From NCBI RefSeq assembly GCF_009914755.1, contig NC_060940.1: a DNA stretch of 64,000 nt; one strand, written 5' to 3'. The notes below the pieces were generated by a model, which was not told the DNA's origin, did not search any database, and saw only the letters and a program-made list of their open reading frames with translations. The translations under genes and the position numbers were made by a program. The stretch comes from the human T2T-CHM13v2.0 reference genome, Homo sapiens. Position 1 is the stretch's first letter. Each line of letters starts with the position of its first letter. Shown one piece after another: positions 1 to 13,380 of the stretch.

Positions 1-293
<293 letters not shown>

Positions 294-298
294 TGATG

Positions 299-616
299 CT
301 TACTAGAGGCAGGAGAAGGGACATAGAAGGAGCAATGGGGATAGGTCGGCCAAGGGGTACAAAGTTAATCAGGAAGAATAAGTTCCTGTGTTCTATTACA
401 CAGTAGGGCGACTGGAGCTAATGACCATACATTGCATATTTCAAGATAGTCAGAGAAGAGGAGCTTGAAAATGATCACCACAAAGAAACGGTAAAGGTTT
501 GAAGTGATGGACACACACTGGCTACCCTGTTTGATCATTATACAATGTATATATGTATCAAAATATTACACTATACTTATAAACATGTATAATTATATGT
601 GTCAATTATAAATGAA
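299..616 (+). mobile_element. L1MA-type LINE-1 3' UTR fragment
   Basis: ggtacaaagtt...aagaataagttc...caccacaaagaaa...tgatcattatacaatgtatatatgtatcaaaatattacact...gtgtcaattataaat matches the L1MA 3' end. Confidence 0.85.
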
Positions 617-727
617 ATGTTAATATGTCCCTTGATTCTTGTTTGTACCTTTTTCCAATTATTTAGCCTTACATATATATCCATGTATATATAAATTTTA
701 CATAAATGCATAAAAAGTGAGCATTCC

Positions 728-729
<2 letters not shown>

Positions 730-767
<38 letters not shown>

Positions 768-845
768 AGAAAAAGAGACAGAGACAAGCAGAGAGAGAGA
801 GAGAGGCAGAAACAGAGAGAGAGGAGGAGACAGGGAGAGAGAGAC
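730..845. repeat. (TG)17 microsatellite followed by a GA-rich tract
   Basis: Visible (GT)n 730-764 and (GA)n-like 767-845. Confidence 0.95.
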
Positions 846-1029
846 GGCAAACTTTTTTTGCTACCAATTTTGGCTCATTTGCCCTGCCCCTCTATTCTCA
901 CCCCCATTGCCATCTCCCCACCTGCTCCAACACCTGCCCCACCAGAAAACCTGTACTGACAGTCCAGTCAGTGGTCTTCTATATAGTGTCCATCCTCATT
1001 TAATTCTAGACAGACATACAGACACACAT

Positions 1030-1960
1030 GAGTGTGGGCAATCATTGTTTTATAGAAATGGGATCATATTCTACCAACCGTTCCCATGTATTCAACAATT
1101 CCTTGTTGCAAGCCCTCCAAGTTGATTTCTCAAAGAACTAAAAATGGAACTTTCACTGGACCCAGCAATCCCATCGTTGATATGTACCCAAAGGAAAATA
1201 AGTCATTCTACCGAAAAGACACTTGTGCTCATATCTTTATAGCAGTGCTAGTCACAATAGCCAAGACATGGAATCAACCCAGCTGTCCATCAGTGGTGGA
1301 CTGGATAAAGAAAATATGGTACATATATACCACAGAATACTAGACAGCCACAAAAAAAGAATAAAATGATGTTCTCTATAGCACCATGGATGCAGCTGGA
1401 GGCTGTTATCCTAAGCAAATTAACGCAGAAACAGAAAACCAAATACTGCACATTCTCACTTACATGCGGGAACTAAACACTGGGTACACAAAGACAGAAA
1501 GACGGGAACAAGAGACACTGAGGATTCCAAAAGGGGGAAGTGAAGGAGGGGGCAAGGGCTGAAATATTACCTATTGAGTACCAAGTTTGCTACTTGGGCA
1601 ACGAGATCATCAGAAGCCCAAACCTCGGCATCATGCAAGATACCCATGTAAAAAACCTGCAGGTGTACCCCATTAAACTAAAAAAAAAGAAAAAGAAAAG
1701 AAAGCCCCCAATACCCCTGATATCACTCACCTTCACTGTCCTTATTGGGCACGTACCAGTCCATAGGTGGAAGCCCCATTGCTTAGTCAGCCACTCCCCC
1801 ATGGATGAGCACTCACTTTGCTTCCCATTTCTGCCCGTCAGAAATAACTCAGCCACAAACAGGAGGTCATCTGATGCCTGCAACCACCCTATACAGCACA
1901 AATATCCATGTGAATCTTTCTTCCCATCCGCAGACACATAGCCAAATGCCTAGCAGGCCT
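1030..1960 (-). mobile_element. Old L1ME-type fragment interrupted by the L1PB insertion
   Basis: aaatgggatcatattct... resumes after the L1PB as cagccactcccccatggatgagcact...tttgcttccc; typical antisense L1ME 3' region. Confidence 0.5.
1122..1700 (+). mobile_element. L1PB4-like 5'-truncated LINE-1 (end of ORF2, 3' UTR, A tail)
   Basis: gacccagcaatccc...aagacatggaatcaaccc...agaagcccaaacctcggcatcatgcaa; ORF 1086-1343 gives L1 ORF2 C-terminal-like TIAKTWNQPSCPSVVDWIKKIW; flanking repeat aagccc(t)ccaa as likely TSD. Confidence 0.9.
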
Positions 1961-2799
1961 TACCTGACCCCACTAAAACAGTCTTTCTGGCCAGGGAAAA
2001 TTATAAAGAATTATATGAGATCACACATACAAAAAAAAAAAAACCTTCACAGTGTGCAGAAGGCTTTGTGTCAAAGTCGAGCTCGCACGTGGCCGTGGCC
2101 GGGTTCTCTGTGGCTAGCCCCATTCACAACACAGCTCTGGCAGAGCACTCTTCAATAGCATCATTAATAGCCCATTGATCCAATTACATTTCTTTCTGTT
2201 CCACTTCAGAATTACAATCTCCTGTTCCCCCTGAAAGAGCCCAGATAGATTCCCAGATGAGTATCGGAAGAGGTAGCTGCCATCAGGACTTGCTTGATGG
2301 ACCCAAGCACTCATCTAATAGTGGCACTGGAAGAATTAATCTGGCTGATATATCAGACCTCTCTCCTCCGTGGGAACTTGCCATTTTCTCCAGCCTCTGA
2401 GTTTTTCTAGTGAGATTCAGAGATACAGCCAAATGTGAGTTAACCCAGGGACATCCTAACACTGCCCTCATTGTGTGTTCCCAGCATGGGGTAGGCACTC
2501 CATAAATAATCGTTGAATTGAAAAATGCCTAAGGAGGGGTATATTGGGGCTCAAAGCAGACCAGGTCGGCTGAAGAAATGGGCTTTATCCAGATTGTGAC
2601 TTTGCAGGTTGGACCAGAATGAGAGTTTGAATCTGATTCCATAGGTAATGCATAAAATGAAAATATATACTATAAAAAGGCAAAGTCAAGACCTTGAATG
2701 ATAGCTGAGAAAAAAGTAGAGAGAGCTAAATACATATTCCAAGTCTAATGGGCAGGATAATGAGGGACAGAGGTAGGCAGCAATAGGACCAAAATAGCA

Positions 2800-3070
2800 T
2801 TCATTCACTTAGTAACTGTATAATGAAGACCTACCTTACGCCGGGCACCGTGCTAAGCACTGGGGAGGCGGTGGTGTAGAAGTCATTATCCCAGCCCTCA
2901 ATTGCTCATGGTCTTAGGGAGGAGGCCAAGACACAATCACATTAGAGCCATGACCAGGACAGGACAGAGCTAAAGCCTATGACAAACATAAGCCCAGGGA
3001 AATTAAGGAGTATACAGGGAGGCGCCTAAGCCAACCTGGGGAAGTATCAAAGGCTTCCTGGAGGAGGAGG
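2800..3070 (-). mobile_element. L2 3' fragment
   Basis: cattcattcac...gccgggcaccgtgctaagcactgggg...aggcttcctggaggagg. Confidence 0.7.
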
Positions 3071-3239
3071 ATGAGGAAGAATTAGTAATGTTGAATACTG
3101 GCAGGTGAACAATTCATACTGTGAGAGGCTGTGGCCCCAGTACCCTTGCATCTGCTTTAGACTTTGACTTCTACAGTGAGACTCCTGGCCAATGAGGATC
3201 TATGTCCACAGTCCCTGGGGGTCATCAGCCCTGCACTCT

Positions 3240-3625
3240 CCCACCTCCACATCTTTGTCCATGTTTTTTCCTCTGTATGGATAGCACTCTCTGGTTCCCT
3301 CTCCCCAGTCTGTAAAACCATCACCTTCACCTCCCATCAAGGCACAGCCCCAGTGCTACTTCTTGCATGCAGCTTTTCCAACTTCCTCTACCTGGAATTA
3401 ATCTCTGTCTCTTTCTCTCTCTCTCTGAATTTCAATAACACTTTGCTTGTTTCTCTCTTATAGTACACAGCACTCTTGACATTGTATTATAATTATTTGT
3501 GTATTTGTCTTATCTCCTCTGCTAAACTATGAACTCCACAGGGGCAGAAAAAACCTTGTCTTAACCACCTTTGTATTCCCTGCAGCGCCTTATACAAGGC
3601 AGGTGCTTGATACAGGTTGAATGAA
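3240..3625 (+). mobile_element. L2 3' fragment
   Basis: ttgtcttatctcctctgctaaactatgaactccacaggggcag...ggttgaatgaa. Confidence 0.7.
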
Positions 3626-4096
3626 GATTATGTTTACCAGGTTCCAGGTAAATGGAAGGAAATTAAAAGACAGCCCAGCTGGAAACAGTGGGCAGGCATT
3701 ACAGGCAGGGCCCGCTTTCTAACAGCTATCATAAAACTGGCTGCTTGCTGGAGCTGTGAATTTCCCATCGCTGGTTAGAGAAATTCTTTAAAAGGGAGAT
3801 TCTTTTAAAAATGGTTGTCCTAGATGATGTCTAAGCTCATCTAATTTTCACTAGGTTACTACAATGGAGAATGGTTGATGAGTAAGCAAAGACAGCAGAA
3901 ACCCACTACACAGTGAAATAGGAACAGATGTGTGTTACTGTCAATGTGATTGCTCTTGGTTGAATGATGAGATCAGGGGTATTTATTAGATTATTAAATT
4001 TTTAATCAATTAAACTAAAAGATCCATTCTCAGAGAAATAATGACAGTATGTCATGAGCAAGGATTATAACTAACCTAATTCTAAACATCCGAGGA

Positions 4097-4231
4097 TTTT
4101 TTTTGTTTTTTGTAGAGATAGGGGCCTCATCATGTTGCCCACACTGGCCTCAAACTCCTGGGCTCAGGCCATTCTCCTGCCCCAGATTCCCGAAGTGCTG
4201 GGATTACAGGTGTGAGCCACTGTGTCTGGCT
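4097..4231 (-). mobile_element. FLAM_C / Alu left monomer
   Basis: T-tract, then gtagagatagggg...ctcctgggctcagg...gtgctgggattacaggtgtgagccac. Confidence 0.9.
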
Positions 4232-4476
4232 GAGAATCATTTTTAAAGTTTGATTTAAACAATCGCCCATCCCCAGATCTGATTTGGGGCATCAATGGGG
4301 CCAAATGACATGGGTTTCCTAGAGAGCAAATCTCCGGATGTCATACAGATACTTAAAACCTTCAATGGCTCCCCATTTCCCTACAACACATTCCTAGTCC
4401 TCAGCTTGATGTTTGAGGCTTTTAATAATATAGCTCTTGCCAGCTGTACCTTACACAACGCCAGACACACTCAGAC

Positions 4477-4750
4477 CAGAGGTTTCAATCTCAAGGGCAT
4501 ATAGGGACTCAGTGGAGTGTGCTGGGCCAGGACAAAACCACAAGGGCATGCCCCAACTCAACAACTGAGCAACTTCACAGGTCCAGCCCCTTTGCCCAGC
4601 AGAAATGCAGACTCAGCATTGCAAGCTCTTCTGAGTTTTCAAAAGAATCAGGAAATTAAGATTTTTTTTTGTAGAACCTGCCATTTTTCAATGTTAGCTT
4701 AAAAATGCTTAAACACTTTGTGAAAAATGCCCATCTGTGGCTCAGATCTC
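4477..4750 (+). mobile_element. hAT-Charlie DNA transposon fossil (MER103C-like)
   Basis: ttgcaagctcttctgagttttcaaaagaatcaggaaattaagattttttttgtagaacctgccatttttcaatgttagc resembles the MER103 core. Confidence 0.5.
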
Positions 4751-4987
4751 TATGATTTACTTAGACTCTATTTTTTAATTACTTAGATTTACTAAAAGGT
4801 GCTATGCTCGCACCCCTTCAAATATCCCTCCCCGATGTTTCCTCTCTCTAGGTTACTCCTCTCTGTCTCCTTTCCTGGATTTATTCCAGCCCAACCTTTA
4901 AGACTAGCTTCTAGTTGCAGTCATTCCTGCAGAATTACCTATTTCTTTTTACTCTTCCATATTGTCACAATGTTTTACAATGAACCT

Positions 4988-5929
4988 GAGCAGCAGATGC
5001 TGTCAGTGCCCTCCCACATCCCCTCAGCTCCCTTGATGATTTTGTGCACACCAGTTTCCCATGTGCTTTCACTCCCAACAGCCTCAGAATATTGGAATCC
5101 ACTTTCTCTGAATGCACGGAGAGCTAGAAGCACCTGGGAATTTATGTTGCCCAAGAGCAGCCCTTAGCCAATGATTGACAGGTGGAGGAGTTTAAATACT
5201 TCACCTCCCTTGCTTCTTAACGGGAATTACTTCAAAATATGCTGCCTCCAGATCTCCCCTGCAGATTGAGCCACAGTTATCTTCTGCTAGACTTTGTTTG
5301 CTATCACACACCTGCTTGGGTTTTTCCTGGAAACACTTCCTATTAAACTGGTTTTAAATGAGCCCTCATTTCAGGATCTGCTTCTAGGACCTTTGATAGA
5401 CAGCTTTTGACATGTTCTCCAATGATCTCCAGCACCTTCTGTTAATGCCCTTATACAATCCCCTCACCATGAGTGTGCCATGTTTCTAAATCCAAAAGTG
5501 ATGAGTGTCACTTCCATGATTGGGATAGAAGAGATTGACTTCCATCTTGCCACCAGACTCTCTAGCTTGTCTTCTCTCCTTGTGTGCTTTGATAATGCAA
5601 GCTGCCACATTGAAGAGACCCACATGGCAAAGAAATGAAGGTCATCTCTAGTCAACAGCCAACAAAGAGCTCAATGCTGCCAATAACTACTGAGTGAGCT
5701 TGGAAATGGATACTTCCCCAGTCAGACCTTCACGTGAGACCACAACCTTGCACCAACATTTGATTATAGCCTTGTGCAAAACCATGAAGCAGAGGACCTA
5801 GCTAACTCGCATCCATATTCCTGGCCCACAACTATAAGATAATAAATGTGGGTCAGTCAAGCTGCTTAAGTCATGGGGTCACCTGGTATGTAGCAATAGA
5901 TAACTAATACCAGACCCCAACATAAGACG
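4988..5929 (+). mobile_element. LTR16C-like ERVL solo LTR, interrupted near its 3' end by an MLT1F LTR
   Basis: agcagatgctgtcagtgccctcccacatcccctc...gcagcccttagccaatga...tcaggatctgcttctagg, resuming as accccaacataagac. Confidence 0.75.
5392..5911 (+). mobile_element. MLT1F-like MaLR solo LTR
   Basis: ccaatgatctcc...agctgccacattg...gtgagcttggaaatgga...agaggacctagctaa...tgtagcaatagataactaatac. Confidence 0.8.
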
Positions 5930-7444
5930 ATGTGTAATATTTCTATAATTAGAAAATATTCCATCCTAGATATCTCCTCCTGAAAGCCATTCCTGAGCTC
6001 CCAGACCAGGGCATTTTTGTCACCTCTGTCATGGTCTTCATCATCCTGAATTTAATAATTAATATACCCTGCCTCCCCATGTTTTTCTCCCCTACTGATC
6101 ACCTTGAAGGCAGAGCTTTCAGAGAGAAAAGGTCTGATATATTTCTTTATTCATCATCTAAGCATAGTATCATATAGGAGATGCTTAACAAATGTATATT
6201 AAAGTAATTGATTTGTTAATTGTTTTCCATATGAGATTTTGGCCAAGTGCCTCCCTATATACCATTATTCTCCAGATGCCAAATCAAGGGTAAGGGAGGC
6301 CTTCAATATTCAGCAAAATCTCTACTCCATGCATCCCCCACATCATTTTCTAAGCAGTTTCTTCCTTTCCATCACCAGGGTGCTTATCAATTGTACATTG
6401 ACACTTCCTCCCATCTGTTCAATTCATCTGTTGGATGGTCACTCTCTGCCACTTCAGAGCAATGGGGAGTTCACTCTGCCTTTCATACCCCTCTGGGAAG
6501 CCCAGGAAAATTATCTCTGATTAATATCATTTCTTCTTTTGGGTCTAATGACAAAATTACAGCAAAATCCAGCCCTACTTTGCACCACACTTGGAAAAAA
6601 ATCTGCTCAGCTTTTGTCTGCCAACCACAGCAAAAACTTGATTAACCAGGACTCAGTGCACATGGGCAGAGGGCTTTTTCCCCCCAGTTAGCAGAGGGAT
6701 GAAACTGAAAATCCCATTTATTTCCTCCCTTATTAACAGAAAAAAAGAATCAATAGGTTAGCCCACATTGCTACCCACTGTCAATAAATTCCCCCAAAGA
6801 AATTGAGTCTCTCTTGGAAAGATGAGCATTCTTGCAGGCCTAAGAATTGTGTATTCTGGGACTAAAGATAGTGTTAGAAATTAGACTGAATCAGCAGAGA
6901 TCTTTGGCATGTGGAATTTTTATTTAAAACACTATTTGCTATCACTTATATTCCCGTCTTTGCCCTTCTCCCAGAAGCAAAGTATAAAAAATGTGTGTTC
7001 TCATTTTTCAAGTGTTCCAGATTCCTAAAGTCCAGTTCATATAAATTGTAGCATATTCTTATTTATATGACAGAGACTGTCACAGGCATCTAAGCTCAAG
7101 CTTATTAAACTGAAGTTTCCTATTCTATCTACTCAATGGGTTCTCATAGTCTCCTAAGCATCTCATCATCTTCCTCCTCCCTCTGAGACATGAAACTCCT
7201 ACTTGGAACCTTTTCAAGGTCTACGGCATTGTGCAAAAAGAAAAACCTTTCTTGTTATGCAACTAACAGATCCTTTCAGTTCCAGGGGAAGAAGGAGCCA
7301 CCAGAATGGTCACTCAATAACTTAGCCAAGTTTCAACTCTGTTTTAAGGGAAAGGAATTGCAAAGAAAGGAAACATTCGATTATTGAGCACTGACTATGC
7401 CAGGCACTGAATTGAGAATGCATTTTTTACTCCTAATCATAGCC

Positions 7445-7933
7445 TGAGGCCCTGCACGATCTGGTCCCTGCCTGCCTTTTTGACTACACCTCTGACCATG
7501 CCCCCACATCACTTAATATGCTATACCCACACTGGCCCTTTTTATTTTCTAGAGCATGCCAAGCTCTTCCTACCCCAGGGCCTTTGCACTTGCTGGTCTC
7601 TCTGCTGAGAATGCTTTTGCCCAGATATGTGCGTGGCTCACTCCTTGTCATTCCTCATTTCTTAATTCTAGGCCACCTCCAAAAAGTAATCCCGAACTAA
7701 GCTGTCCACCTCCCATGCTAAGTCATTCTTTATCTTGTTCCTTTATTGTATTTTTTCCATAACACATCACCATTTTAAATTAACTTAGTTATTGCCTGCC
7801 TCCCCATGAATATATAAGCTTCATGAAAGCAAAGGGTGTTCCTGACTTACTCACTATTGTGAAACCAACATGCTAGTACATGCCTGCCATATAATAGAAT
7901 CTAAAAACATTTCTGGAGTGGATGAATAAATAA
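7445..7933 (+). mobile_element. L2a/b 3' end
   Basis: cagggcctttgcacttgctg...taagcttcatgaaagcaaagg...ggatgaataaataa. Confidence 0.85.
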
Positions 7934-7959
7934 GTTTCTCTCTGAATCCTGCCAAGATA

Positions 7960-8110
7960 AATATTGTTATTATCCCCGTTAGCAGATAAGGAAGTTGAGG
8001 TTCCAAGCAGATTAGGAAATCTCACAAGTTTGCACAGCTAGAAGGTGCTAGAGCAAATCTTACAACCACGGAACTGTCTAACTCCAGTGCGTGCATTCTC
8101 CATCATTCCT
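7960..8110 (-). mobile_element. MIR
   Basis: attatccccgttagcagataaggaagttgagg...tctaactccagtgc. Confidence 0.7.
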
Positions 8111-8857
8111 AGACACTGTGTGGGAAGACAGGAGATTATACCTTAATCAATTGTTTTCTAACTTCTGTTCATGAAAAATGTCTGGGCAGCTGTGACAAGG
8201 AAAAAAGTCTTTTATCAGCTCACAGTTGTGAGTGTGACAGAGCAGGGATATATCTTCTGCATCAAACATTGCCAGTTTGTCAAATATCAGAATAGAATTG
8301 AATTTTAGGAAGACACTATTTCTGATGCAGCTGTTTCTTTTGGATCCTCTCAATGGGCAGAGAAGATCCCAGCAATAGAATGGGTGAGGCACGCATCTGT
8401 CTATTAGGATGGTTGGAATGCATGAATTTGATAAGCCCTATATTTGGTGAGGGATGTCTGTCCTCACCCCAAACCTTCTCACCAACGTGACCTCCCGCCA
8501 GCATGGAAGCCAGTGTTACAACATTGTGAGAACTGGGCCCTGCAACTGTGCTGGTGGCCATTTTTCTGGGACCCTCTTCTTTTACTGATACCTTTGGGAG
8601 TACTCCCATATTCATTTCCGTTGGGCATCTCATTCGTTGCTGTAATTCTTGTCTTCAGTTCAAAGCTCAAAAGCCTCACCATAAAGAACTGGGTTTTACT
8701 TTTTGGATCTTGATCCTTGGGGAAACCCCCTAAAAAAGTCTATATCTACTATATCCACTCCCCATCTTCCAGTCATCTCTGAGCATGGCTGATGTAGGGA
8801 ATTGCTCAACACAGTTTCAAAGCCCCAAACAACAAGCTAGCTCTGGACATGCCTACC

Positions 8858-9226
8858 TGCTATGGTTTGAGTTCAGTTTGTGTCCCTCCCCAAAATTCAT
8901 CTGTTAAAATCCTAATCCCCAAGGTGATGGTATTAGGAGGTGAGGCCTTTAGGAGATGACTGGGTCATAAGACAGGAGCCCTCATGAATGGGATCAGTGA
9001 CTTTATAAGAGATCCCAGAGAGATCTTTGTCCCTCCTATCAGGTCAGATTATAGTGAAAAGTCAGCCATGTAAGAACCAGGAAGCAGGTCCTCAGCAGAC
9101 ACTGAATCTGTAGACACCTTCATCTTGAACTTCCCAGACCTCAAAACAGTGAGAAATAAATTCCTGTTGTTTATAAGCTACCAAGTTTATGGTATTTTGT
9201 TACAGCAGTCCAAATGGACTAAGACA
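8858..9226 (+). mobile_element. MLT1A0 solo LTR, full length
   Basis: tgctatggtttga...aaaattcatctgttaaaatcctaatcccc...atggactaagaca; perfect 5-bp TSD CTACC at 8853-8857 and 9227-9231. Confidence 0.93.
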
Positions 9227-10564
9227 CTACCCCCATTCTATTTAAAAGAAAATAATCTATTAGCTCACCACATTTACTGTGCTGAAAATTTCCAACCAGA
9301 AGAAAAAGCTTTATGGAGGTGACCCAACGATATGGAGGTGCTTACAACCCCATGGGTGGCTACAAGAATCAAAGAGAGAAATTATAGTTCAAAGGCAAAA
9401 CGTATACTATCTCCTCATCCCTATTTTTTCTTGGTTTAAGTCATTTTTATTAAGAGTCATAATGTTCTCTATCTACATGACACTTTCCATCTTCAAACAT
9501 TAACTAATTAATTGACTGAAATGGTATCTCGGGAGCATTTATCATCTATCACATTAGCCAGAGAGCCAGGGAACTGTCTATAAAAGCTGTTGAACACTCA
9601 GTGGAGGCTTCATCTTTCCGCTTCCTTTCCCAGAAATGTTTTTTTGTGTGTCTGCATATGAATGTGCAATGGGGAAAAAAATAAAAAGAGAGGATTTGAC
9701 TTCCACCAACTGCTATAAAAATTTACCTCTGGGAGACATGGAATTTCAATTGTGAAATAATCAGTCTTGGAAATTGTCCTGTCCTCCAGGAAAAGAAAAA
9801 ATATGTAGTTTAACAGCAATTGCCCTTCAAAACAATTACTAATTATAACGTCTATAAAGAAAAATACCCTCGATACCATTACTCCTAATAAAGCCAGGCG
9901 AATCTATAGAAAGGAATTAGCTGGCATGTCTAAAATCTGACAGGAGAGCTGTTGGGGATGGGTCAGAAGAGGAGTGAGCTCCAACCAGCTTAAAAACCTG
10001 GATCCAAAGCTTTAGGAGGCTTACCACCTGGAGCAAGCCTCTCTTAGCAAATTGGCAAGATTAGCACAAGAAATCAGGCCAGGACAATTACAAATTGAGA
10101 ACCCAAGTCATTTTTCCTGACCTTCCTTCCACTCTATCCCATCCCAGCTTTCTCCATGAACCTCTTAACCTCCTCTTCAAGCAGATGTCACGGTACCTGG
10201 AACTCATGCCTTACAGCTCACCATCTTCCCTTCACCACAGTCCTCTTAAAGACATATGCCCAGGTAGGGTTACACCAAGCCCCTGAGCCCTTGGATTGAA
10301 TTTGACTGTCAGATCCTAACTGTTTGAAACAACATATGTCATGGAGGAAGGATCTTGGAGGAAAGAAAGAGAGAAAGGGGCCACAGAAAAGAGAAGTTGG
10401 TGGCAGTGCTGAAGATAGACAAATGGAAAAAGTCCGTTCTGATTTCAAATTCTCCATCACTTCCCTGCTGTGAAGCCTGTGTCAAGTTGATTTGAACTCT
10501 CTGATCCTCTCACCTCAGTTTCTCAAAGTGAGGGGAAAATATACCTGAAAGCCTACTTTTTAAA

Positions 10565-11045
10565 TGAGTGTTCAGTTGCAGACAATGGAAACCACTCCAG
10601 CTACCTTACGCAGAAGGGAAGTGATTACCAGATGTAAGCTGACTTAGGAAACCATTGGAAGGACCCAAAGAGTTGGAGCTTCCAAGAACAATTCCCTGGT
10701 CCCCCAAATCACTCTGCCTCTGCTATGATGGTGAAAACTGCTACCTGCACTACGAGAAGTCACCACATCAGGAAGCTAATGGCTGCAGAACTACCCAGAC
10801 TCTGCAGAGATCCACAGGAGCAAAGTGAATGGCATTATGCCATTTTCCCCTCTTAACTCAGTTATAAATTCAAGACGCAAAGAGTATCTGATTTGCAGAA
10901 CCTGAGTCATAGTCAGAATCCTAGCTGCAAGGGAGTCCAGTATATTGACCTTTTAGCAACCCAGCCTCTGCAGTATAGAATGACACAGTTGACAGAGGCT
11001 GGAATGGAAACTGAAGGAGCCCATGCACAAAGGGCACCACCCACA
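10565..11045 (-). mobile_element. Old MLT1 (K/L-like) LTR splitting a MIR (about 10460-10555 and 11050-11140)
   Basis: ttcagttgcagacaatggaaaccactccagct...tctgatttgcagaacctgagtca...ctagctgcaagggagtc; MIR halves on both sides. Confidence 0.55.
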
Positions 11046-11439
11046 TGATTCAGGGCTGTCAAGAGAATCAAATGAGATGGTGTTTACAAAGCACCTAATA
11101 TGCTGCCTGATCATTAGTAGCTTCTCAATAAGCACTACTTTTCCTTCACTTTCCCAAAATTTTGCTGCAGCTTGGCCCTCTGAATCATCCTAAAAGAACA
11201 GAAGAAAAAACCTGGAAGCAGCCAAATGACCTTCCTAACTTAAATGTGAGGGTTTTTTGGGCATCTTTCATTTAGCAACCTTATCAAACATCAGTTATCT
11301 CTATTTAAGGCATTCCCCCACCTCCACAGAAAGAATGAATCATTTTAAGCAGTAGTTTAAGCTTTTACTCTATCCAAACAAAATTGGCAAAAGATCCTCT
11401 CCCTGGATAATTACATTAACATTATTTATCTAACCACTA

Positions 11440-11727
<288 letters not shown>

Positions 11728-11729
11728 AA

Positions 11730-12110
11730 TCTAATCATTATTTACTGGGCACCTACTAGTTGCCTGGCAGATGTGATTCCTCTCCTTCAAGGAGTTAACA
11801 GTCTAGGCAGGGTAATTGTGCAAAACTTGTAAGATTAAAATTCTGATAAAACATTAAGAGAAGAGATCAGAGTGCCATAAGCCAGAATAAAGAGGGTGAA
11901 ACTGATTCTACTCAGGGAGTCAGGAAAAATCTCCCTGAGGAAGTAATGTCTACACTAAAACCTGAAGGATAAGGAAAAGTTAACCTAGTAAAGAGTGGGA
12001 GGGAAGAGAATTTCTGGCAGAGAAAACAGCACATGCAAAGGCTGAGTATTTAGGAAACCAGAAGAATACCTGTGTGGCTGGAGTATGTTAAGTGAGAAGG
12101 AGAGAGAAGC
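11730..12110 (-). mobile_element. L2 (host of the AluJ)
   Basis: tttactgggcacctacta...ggagttaacagtctagg...gagaaaacagcacatgcaaaggc...tgtgtggctggagt. Confidence 0.75.
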
Positions 12111-12479
12111 GATAATTACTTTGGCTATGGAACTCCAGGCTATTATCTGGGGTGACATTTTCCCTCAGGTTGGAATCCAGATATGTGAGACAATTAACAT
12201 TTCATAAAAATAACTTTTGAAGCAATGTTTTTCCACCTTTCTGTATCTCAGTTGTCTCTTCTGTAGAATAGTGTTAACCCTTCACTGGATGATCATGAGT
12301 GTTAAATAGGATAACAAGTATACGATTATGACAAGAAGGCTGGGCCCTTTTGAGCACAGCAGCGACATCCTCATCATCTTCTTCAGTGTTTAGCCATACC
12401 ACTCCAGAGAGCTCCACCAAGAACCAGAGAGGTGCTTCCCTACCTGCATGACTTCTCTGAGATGCTCTCTAGCCCACAC

Positions 12480-12925
12480 ACAGCAGAGGCACCCACCTGA
12501 CACCTTCACCTGGCCACATCTGATTGGACCAGAGTGTACACCTCCTACTACCCGGACCTATCATATTCCTACACCTGGGAAACTCTTACATTCAGATAGA
12601 GGCGCAATTGATCAGAGTGCATTAGAAGCTGGAGCTGTAAGGTCATGAAGAAGAAGTCCCAGGGCCCTGGGCAAGTAGAAACTGGGAAACAGCAAACCCT
12701 GAGATTCCAACGGCAGGCGCCAGTCTGCAGAGAAGAGAATGGAGCAGATGTGCAGAGGTAAGCTCCAGAGAGTGAAATGGAGAAAGCGGCTGATTAACAA
12801 CATTCCAAGTCCCATGAGGTCCAGCTGCATACGTCGGATTTCCAGAGAGCCTTGTGTGTCCAGACAGTAAAATTTCATATCCACTTTAATCTCTTTGAAT
12901 GGGTTTCTATTCCTTGCAATTGAAT
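12480..12925 (+). mobile_element. Old MLT1 (J/K/L-like) LTR fragment
   Basis: tctgattggaccagag...tgaggtccagctgca...tttgaatgggtttctattccttgcaa. Confidence 0.45.
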
Positions 12926-13039
12926 TATCACTGTCTCAGAGGCCCATCAAAGTGGAGAGCTGAGGCCACCCTTCCTTAAATCAGACCTAAAATGTAACCC
13001 TATCTTGCTAACAGGACATAATACCGGAACTGAGGACCC

Positions 13040-13380
13040 CACCACCATCTCAAGGCCTTCACACAGGCTATTCCCTTTGCATAGAAAGCTCTTCCACCCG
13101 CTCCTTTTGCAAAACTAAATCTCACTTTCTTCCAGGCTGCCCCCTTTGAGCATCGCTTGTAAAGACTCCCACTCCAAAGTGGACCCTTGCTGTGGTTTCC
13201 ATAGCTCTCAGGACTTCCCTTTGCATTGTGTAACTCACTTTGGATCACTCGTAAGATGGCTGCCACCCCACCATATGTGACATTCCACACTTGCATCCTG
13301 TTTCTTGCTTATTCCCCAGGGTTTGAGTGGGGGACACATAGTAGCTGCACAATAAACATCTGATTAATGCATGATGGATA
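13040..13380 (+). mobile_element. L2 3' fragment
   Basis: aggccttcacacaggctattccctttgcatagaa...cacatagtagctgcacaataaacatctgattaatgcatga. Confidence 0.6.

Noticed and set aside
8147-8733. Cluster of overlapping ORFs on both strands
   Set aside because: No recognisable homology or coherent splice structure; the small palindrome gggagtactccc and a short hairpin are within chance.
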